This document shows, piece by piece, positions 58,723 to 64,000 of a stretch of DNA of 64,000 bases. Source of the stretch: Candidatus Kapaibacterium sp. Its GTDB lineage: Bacteria > Bacteroidota > Ignavibacteria > Kapaibacteriales > UBA4661. The number at the start of each line of letters is the position of its first letter. The first letter of the stretch is position 1. The translations under genes and the position numbers were made by a program. The stretch covers positions 79,215 to 143,214 of the forward strand of contig RDXM01000083.1 in the NCBI GenBank assembly GCA_004292595.1, given 5' to 3'. Under the pieces are notes generated by a model, which searched no databases, was not told where the DNA came from, and worked only from the letters and a program-made list of their open reading frames with translations.

Positions 58723-59661
58723 ATGAATACCACATCAATTTTTTCTCGTTTTTTGCTCATACTTGCGTGTTTTTGTTGCCTCGAAGGCGCATCAAGAGCC
58801 AGTTTAATGGCACAACCAGCCCCAGAAGCACAATGGCAAACGGGGAATCGAATTATGGTCAGAGGCGGCGTTGCGCTGCCGCTCTTTGGCTATGGTGCCT
58901 TGCCGATTACCATCGCAGACTTTACCCCACAAGAAGGACGCACACCAGTAGGCGCAGCAATGCTTGGTGGCACATTCGGCATTGGCACAATGTATCGCTT
59001 GCATCCGAGCGTCGCGGTTATCGGCGGCATTGATGTCAATTACAATCCATACAATACCGTCGAAGCAGAGAAAAACCTCCGCACCAGCATTGGTGCTATC
59101 AACCTTCTGGGATTAAACGTCAATTTGCTCTCGTCAGCACTGGCAAGTATTTTGCAATCGTCCGCAGCATTTTCCGCAGAACCGCATATCAACGGCACAG
59201 CACTCGCGGGCTTGCGCTACGATGTGCAGATTGTGCCAGCCGTTTTAAGTGCCTACGTTTCTGGCGAGCTTGGCGCAATGTTTGGCGTTTTTCCTAAAAC
59301 ACAATCCAAAGTAAACATCACCATTCCGCTTTTCAACATCAACACGGATATTATCAATTCTATCAATCAAACAAGCGGATTCGGCTTTGCATGGGCTGTC
59401 GGTGGCGGACTTCTGGTGAGCGAGCGCGTGAATATCGGTGTGCGGTATTTGGCTGCTTCGCCCACGTACACAAGCCAAATTGCGAATACTGTCGAAACAC
59501 GCGGCGGAGCGACTGGCACAATCAATATCCCGATTCCGGGCATTGGGCGACTCAGCTCGCAAGATATTATTGCTTCTATCTTAGGCGCGTTCCCTGCCCG
59601 CGAAGCACCATTTACCTTGCCAACAACCATGCTGCAATGCACTATCAGCTATGCTTTTTGA
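58723..59661 (+). CDS. Probable outer-membrane beta-barrel protein
   Basis: Signal peptide, alternating amphipathic Gly/aromatic strands, terminal TISYAF. Confidence 0.7.
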   Translation: MNTTSIFSRFLLILACFCCLEGASRASLMAQPAPEAQWQTGNRIMVRGGVALPLFGYGALPITIADFTPQEGRTPVGAAMLGGTFGIGTMYRLHPSVAVIGGIDVNYNPYNTVEAEKNLRTSIGAINLLGLNVNLLSSALASILQSSAAFSAEPHINGTALAGLRYDVQIVPAVLSAYVSGELGAMFGVFPKTQSKVNITIPLFNINTDIINSINQTSGFGFAWAVGGGLLVSERVNIGVRYLAASPTYTSQIANTVETRGGATGTINIPIPGIGRLSSQDIIASILGAFPAREAPFTLPTTMLQCTISYAF

Positions 59662-59756
59662 TGCTGTTTGATGCCGCTCGCCACACGTGCTTTTTACACC
59701 TACAACGGTAGATTCTTCCAACGATACCGCTTCTTCCCACACTTCAGAATTACTCT

Positions 59757-60524
59757 ATGCAATTACTCATAAAGGTACGTATCGGACTTGCACTCTTCTG
59801 CTTTTCAGCATTTGCATATGCTCTGGCACCATCATTTCTCAGGGCGTTATCTCCGAGTTCGTTATCTCCAAGTTCGTTATCTCCTCACATTGACTATTCC
59901 GCCTCGATTGCGATTGATAGCAAAAATACGCACACCTATACGGTGAAGTTTGCTCAAAGCGGCGACACCACACGCCGCGTAACATCCTATTTTGATAATA
60001 CCAAACGCCTTGTTCGGCAAGAAACAACACACTTTCAAGCCAAACAATTAAAACTGTACTTGAATAAAATTGAAGATTTTCGTACAGGCGAATATCTTTT
60101 TCAAACATCTACGTCCAATGGCTTTGCTGCTCAACACCGCGAACGGAAAGGCGCGGAACTTGAAGAGCGGAGCATCAAAGCAGAGCACGCCATCCCAACA
60201 ACGCTTGTAAGCGAGCGGGTTGCACAAAGTATTGAGGCAGTTGATAGAGGCGAGAATGTAACATTTTTCGTTGCACTACCGCTTCACGGAATTGTTGCGG
60301 AAATGAGCATTACCAAAGCAAGTAATGAAGTAGTGAACGGTGTTCCATGCGTTACTATTCGCTTTGAACCATCAAATTTTTTATTCAAAATTCTCATGGG
60401 CGACCCATCATTTTTCACCTTTGAACGCGCAAAACCAAATAGATTCATGCAATACAACGGTGTTTTGGGATTAACCACAGCAGAAGGCAAGCGGCAGAAC
60501 GGATTTGTTGTTATCAAATATTAG
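59757..60524 (+). CDS. Exported hypothetical protein
   Basis: Signal peptide AYA-L, SPSSL duplications, beta-rich body. Confidence 0.7.
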   Translation: MQLLIKVRIGLALFCFSAFAYALAPSFLRALSPSSLSPSSLSPHIDYSASIAIDSKNTHTYTVKFAQSGDTTRRVTSYFDNTKRLVRQETTHFQAKQLKLYLNKIEDFRTGEYLFQTSTSNGFAAQHRERKGAELEERSIKAEHAIPTTLVSERVAQSIEAVDRGENVTFFVALPLHGIVAEMSITKASNEVVNGVPCVTIRFEPSNFLFKILMGDPSFFTFERAKPNRFMQYNGVLGLTTAEGKRQNGFVVIKY

Positions 60525-60541
60525 AAAAATATGAGAAAAAA

Positions 60542-60612
60542 GAGGACGCACAAAAAAAGCATTTGCGGAAATTGGATGCCAAGCAAATGTGCCTCTTTTT
60601 TTGTGCGTCCTC
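60542..60612. repeat. 71-bp inverted-repeat element (terminator or tiny MITE)
   Basis: Perfect 18-bp arms GAGGACGCACAAAAAAAG / CTTTTTTTGTGCGTCCTC; no clear target duplication. Confidence 0.65.
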
Positions 60613-60673
60613 AACAATCTACGTTTGCTCATCAGAGATCTGAAAAGCTCATGAAAAGCGCATAAATACTAAT

Positions 60674-60796
60674 TAGGACTTTCGCAAAACGTGCTTTTGA
60701 AGCTCACAGACAGGAATGTCTGTGCCACCAAAGCCAGTATTTATCAGTTTTGTAGTGGCACAGGCATTCTTGCCTGTGAGGTTTGCGAAAGTCCTA
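60674..60796. mobile_element. MITE family F with inverted GTGG-type REP doublet
   Basis: TIR TAGGACTTTCGCAAA; TACTAAT repeated at both junctions; REPs CTCACAGACAGGAATGTCTGTGCCAC (60703-60728) and GTGGCACAGGCATTCTTGCCTGTGAG (60755-60780). Confidence 0.85.
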
Positions 60797-60802
60797 CTAA
60801 TG

Positions 60803-62377
60803 TTATTCCATTGCCACGCTCACGCTTTCTGCTACGCAGACTGGTTTGTCGCTTCCGTCGCGCTCGACAACGAGGTCGAGATAGACTCTATGCCCGCCAG
60901 GACCGCTTTCCACTTCGCGCAGCACCGCACTCATACGCAAGCGGCTTCCCGACGGGACGGGCGAGATAAAACGGACTTTATTGTAGCCATAATTGAGCAT
61001 CATTTTCACGGAGTCAATCGTCATCAAACCATAGAGAAATTGCGGTGTGAGCGCGAGCGACAGTAAACCGTGTGCAATGGTTGTGCCGAAAGGCGATTGC
61101 GTTTTGGCACGCTCTACGTCCACATGAATCCATTGCTGGTCGAGTGTTCCGTCGGCGAAAGTTTGAATCATATCCTGCGAAACGTCTTGCCACGCCGAGG
61201 TGCCGAGCTTTTTGCCGATAAACGTTTTCATTGCTGCAACGTCGCGGAAACGCACACCGTATTCACTCACGGTAACACCGTCAGGCAAGGCTTGCTCGGA
61301 AGACGTATCGGAAGCCGCATCGGTGCTTGGCTTTGGAGCATCTTCTTTAACTGCTGCTTTTGGCGGACGTGCTGCGGGCGCGTCTTCGCTGGGATTGTAG
61401 GCATCAGTTACCACCACCGCTTTGCCAATAACATCGCGCTTCATCAACGCATCAAGAGCTTGCGGCGCGTCGGAGAGCGCATAGACCTTATACACGTGCG
61501 GCTTGAGTTTGCCTTGCATGAAAAAATTTGCGAGTTCAACGGTATTTTGAAAGGCTTTCGTGGATTCGCGTTGTACAAAACTTCCCCAGAACACGCCCAA
61601 AATCGCGCATCCCTTCAAGAGTGCGAGATTGAGCGGTATTTTAGGAATATCGCCTGCGGCATAGCCAACGGTCAGATACCGCCCTTTCCATGCCATGGAG
61701 CGGATTGCAGGCTCGGCGTACTTGTCGCCAATGGGGTCGTACACGACATCCACGCCTTTTTCGCCGACAAGAGTTTTCAATGCTTCGCGCAAATCCTCTT
61801 CGGCGTAGTTGATGACGTGTTCGGCGCCTTTTTCCTTGCAAATAGCCAGTTTTTCTGCCGATGACGCAGCCGCAATCACGGTTGCGCCCATGAGTTTCCC
61901 TAATTCCACCGCAGCCAAGCCCACACCGCCACCGGCACCCAAGACAAGAAGCGTCTCGCCCGCTTTGAGTTCGGCACGGTCTTTCAGTGCGTGATACGAA
62001 GTTGCATGATTGTAGAAAAATGCTGCACCACTGACAAAATCTATCATCGGCGGGATAGGAACGCAGCGCGTGGCTTCGACCGATACTTCATCTGCCATGC
62101 CGCCCCAGCCCGTGAGCGCAAACACGCGGTCGCCCACTTTGAAGCCCTTTACGCCCTCGCCTACTTCTTTCACAACGCCCGTTACTTCGCCGCCGGGCGA
62201 GAACGGAAGCGGTGGCTTGAACTGATATTTATTTTGAATCATCAAGGTATCTGGAAAATTTACTCCGCAGGCTTTCACACTGAGAATAAGATGACCAGGT
62301 TGTAGTGTTGGTGCGGGTGCGTCGGTAAGGGTCAGCGTGTCGGGCAAGCCAAAAGCGGTACAAAGAAGAGCTTTCAT
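60803..62377 (-). CDS. MDR (zeta-crystallin/quinone or enoyl reductase-like) fused to MaoC-like dehydratase
   Basis: GVNFPD, GAGGGVG, GKAVV; Pro/Ala linker; then DQQWIHVD..PFGTTIAHG..NYGYNKVRF hot-dog motif. Confidence 0.9.
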   Translation of the reverse strand: MKALLCTAFGLPDTLTLTDAPAPTLQPGHLILSVKACGVNFPDTLMIQNKYQFKPPLPFSPGGEVTGVVKEVGEGVKGFKVGDRVFALTGWGGMADEVSVEATRCVPIPPMIDFVSGAAFFYNHATSYHALKDRAELKAGETLLVLGAGGGVGLAAVELGKLMGATVIAAASSAEKLAICKEKGAEHVINYAEEDLREALKTLVGEKGVDVVYDPIGDKYAEPAIRSMAWKGRYLTVGYAAGDIPKIPLNLALLKGCAILGVFWGSFVQRESTKAFQNTVELANFFMQGKLKPHVYKVYALSDAPQALDALMKRDVIGKAVVVTDAYNPSEDAPAARPPKAAVKEDAPKPSTDAASDTSSEQALPDGVTVSEYGVRFRDVAAMKTFIGKKLGTSAWQDVSQDMIQTFADGTLDQQWIHVDVERAKTQSPFGTTIAHGLLSLALTPQFLYGLMTIDSVKMMLNYGYNKVRFISPVPSGSRLRMSAVLREVESGPGGHRVYLDLVVERDGSDKPVCVAESVSVAME

Positions 62378-62771
62378 TTAGTATTGGGAATGAGGTAAAA
62401 CAACGTGGATTAAGCAAAGGTGAAGGACAGAAAGAGAGCTTGCCTACGGCAAAGAACACACGTCAAATATAAGAAAAATTAGCGTCTTGGAACGATCTGC
62501 ATAACAAAATAAACGGAGAAAAAAGTAGAAAAACAACGGTGTGTGTGCGAGCAATTCCCACACAAGGCGCACTTTGCACAATGCGCATGAAACAAAAAAA
62601 AATTCCTTCATGATAATTTCACGAGGAGTTTTGTGCAAAGGTTTTGTATATTCGCCTCGTTTGCGTGTGTTTAATGCGCTTCAGTTCTTCTTTTTCACCT
62701 TTGCGCTCGATTTCTACGCTCGACTTCCCCAATTCTTTTTCTTTTTACACCCTCACATTCAGGAGTATTCC

Positions 62772-63053
62772 ATGGATATCGAAAAATCATTTTCGACTGG
62801 CACACCCGCCGACAAAATGAAGCAAATTATGATTGATAATGTGCTTTCGCGCGATGATGTTAAAATGTTTTTTGGCGAAACATCGTGGGAAGGTAATACG
62901 CTGAAGTTCTCATCGGGACTGGTTTCCTCTGGCACATTCGACATCGTTGATAACGAAGTAAAAGTGAATGTAGATTTGTCAATGTTTGGCAAAATGGCAA
63001 AAGGGCAAATCGAAGGCACACTCGACAAAACCTTCTCGAAACTTCCGGGATAA
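62772..63053 (+). CDS. Small protein, possibly polyhydroxyalkanoate-granule-region (PHA_gran_rgn-like) family
   Basis: AGGAG RBS; WEGNTLKF..SGTFDIVDNEVKVNVDL..KGQIE pattern. Family call is tentative. Confidence 0.6.
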   Translation: MDIEKSFSTGTPADKMKQIMIDNVLSRDDVKMFFGETSWEGNTLKFSSGLVSSGTFDIVDNEVKVNVDLSMFGKMAKGQIEGTLDKTFSKLPG

Positions 63054-63241
63054 TCGGTATCGGGATAGTGTCGAAAAAATGTAGGCAGACGTTATCAGCA
63101 AACAGACAAGAGCGTTTGCTCTGCCGAAGCGAGAATTTCAGAAGCGAGAATCTCATCGGTAGCGCAGACGCTCTTCTCTTTGTAGTAATGCAAAAAAAGC
63201 ATTGACCAGAAGTACCATTTTCCCTTTACTTTTCCCCTATA

Positions 63242-63697
63242 ATGCAAGCAGTAACGCAAATATTCTATCGCCTGAGCAATCAAGGGCGGATGACGCTTGC
63301 GATTGCTCTCTTGGCGGGCGCACCGCTTCTCTTCTATGGTTTAGTGCAGCTTTGGAACGTCAAGACCGACATGGACAGCAGTATGTTCACACGAGGACGT
63401 GTTATCAAAACGGTGCAGATTGAAGGTGGATTTTTTCCTATGGTGCGTTTGGAAACAACACAAGGACCAGTGCGCTTTACCGACCGCTCTGGTTCGCAGC
63501 AACAAGAGTTCCGCGATGGCGAGGATATTGATGTCGTGTTTCCTCAATACGAACCCCAGAAAGGGCGCATTTACTCATGGAAACGGGTGTGGCTCATTCC
63601 AACACTCACCATGCTCGGAGGCGCATTACCGCTTGTGTTGGGCTTGCTCACCGTCGTGCTGACCGAGCGCAAGCGGAATTTGTACAAGGTCGAATGA
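63242..63697 (+). CDS. DUF3592-like two-TM membrane protein
   Basis: TM - TRGRV..PMVRL..GEDIDVVFP..P - TM layout. Confidence 0.75.
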   Translation: MQAVTQIFYRLSNQGRMTLAIALLAGAPLLFYGLVQLWNVKTDMDSSMFTRGRVIKTVQIEGGFFPMVRLETTQGPVRFTDRSGSQQQEFRDGEDIDVVFPQYEPQKGRIYSWKRVWLIPTLTMLGGALPLVLGLLTVVLTERKRNLYKVE

Positions 63698-63723
63698 AAG
63701 GACGAACTTCGAGGACATGAACT

Positions 63724-64000
63724 ATGAAACGTACACATCTGCTCTTCGAGCGCACGACCCCGCCACTGCTTTTGCTGGTGATGATAGTATTTATTCTGCC
63801 AATCACACTGCTTGCTCTCTCGCTCCAAAAAAAAACTCCTCGCACAGCATCAGCAAACAAAAAAGCTGCTTCTCTGGCAATTTCAAAAAAAAATCAAGCG
63901 GAGAAGCCACCTGCGGCATCGAAGTTGCGGACACTACAACGTGATATTGAGCGTGACCGCGCCAAACTCCGCGCTGTCAAGCGACAAGAACGCGCCGCAG
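63724..64000 (+). CDS. Partial gene: N-terminal TM/signal plus coiled coil (EnvC-like, tentative)
   Basis: Open frame MKRTHLLF..LLLLVMIVFILPITLLAL..KLRTLQRDIERDRAKL runs off the window end. Confidence 0.55.
   Translation, partial: MKRTHLLFERTTPPLLLLVMIVFILPITLLALSLQKKTPRTASANKKAASLAISKKNQAEKPPAASKLRTLQRDIERDRAKLRAVKRQERAA

Noticed and set aside
62572-62640. Another MITE (CTTTGCACAA..TTGTGCAAAG)
   Set aside because: Only a 10-bp inverted repeat with no TSD, cargo or second copy in the window.

Overview
Gene-dense bacterial chromosome segment with no rRNA, tRNA, CRISPR array or intact transposase that I could find. The host is probably an FCB-superphylum organism of the Kapabacteria/Ignavibacteria type. 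This is an inference from T9SS C-terminal sorting domains, a NagB-LmbE fusion, a Kgd-type SucA, a full che cluster and canonical TTGACN-17-TATATT promoters. Main blocks: (i) an amino-sugar/peptidoglycan-scavenging run (NamZ-serine hydrolase fusion, NagX-like protein, CBM9-like protein, an MCP, nagB); (ii) a 13-kb chemosensory/phosphorelay operon with a double-Hpt CheA, a c-heme MCP, CheR, CheB, an unusual REC-CheD fusion, CheY, a kinase-less Hpt-REC protein, a hybrid kinase and no cheW; (iii) housekeeping and accessory genes (pta, kgd/sucA, GH20, GH13, S8 protease, GT2, MFS, CDF, TPR-MCP, tandem T9SS-tagged histidine phosphatases, MDR-MaoC fusion, three Uma2 nucleases plus a remnant). The most striking non-coding signal is a set of 70-190 bp non-autonomous elements: several unrelated terminal-inverted-repeat shells carry REP-like palindromes at their centre. 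The same REP occurs in different shells, and one shell is inserted into a copy of its own cargo REP. Remnants of a type IIG R-M gene, a PIN toxin and a Uma2 gene are also visible. All calls are by-eye motif recognition; no searches were run.
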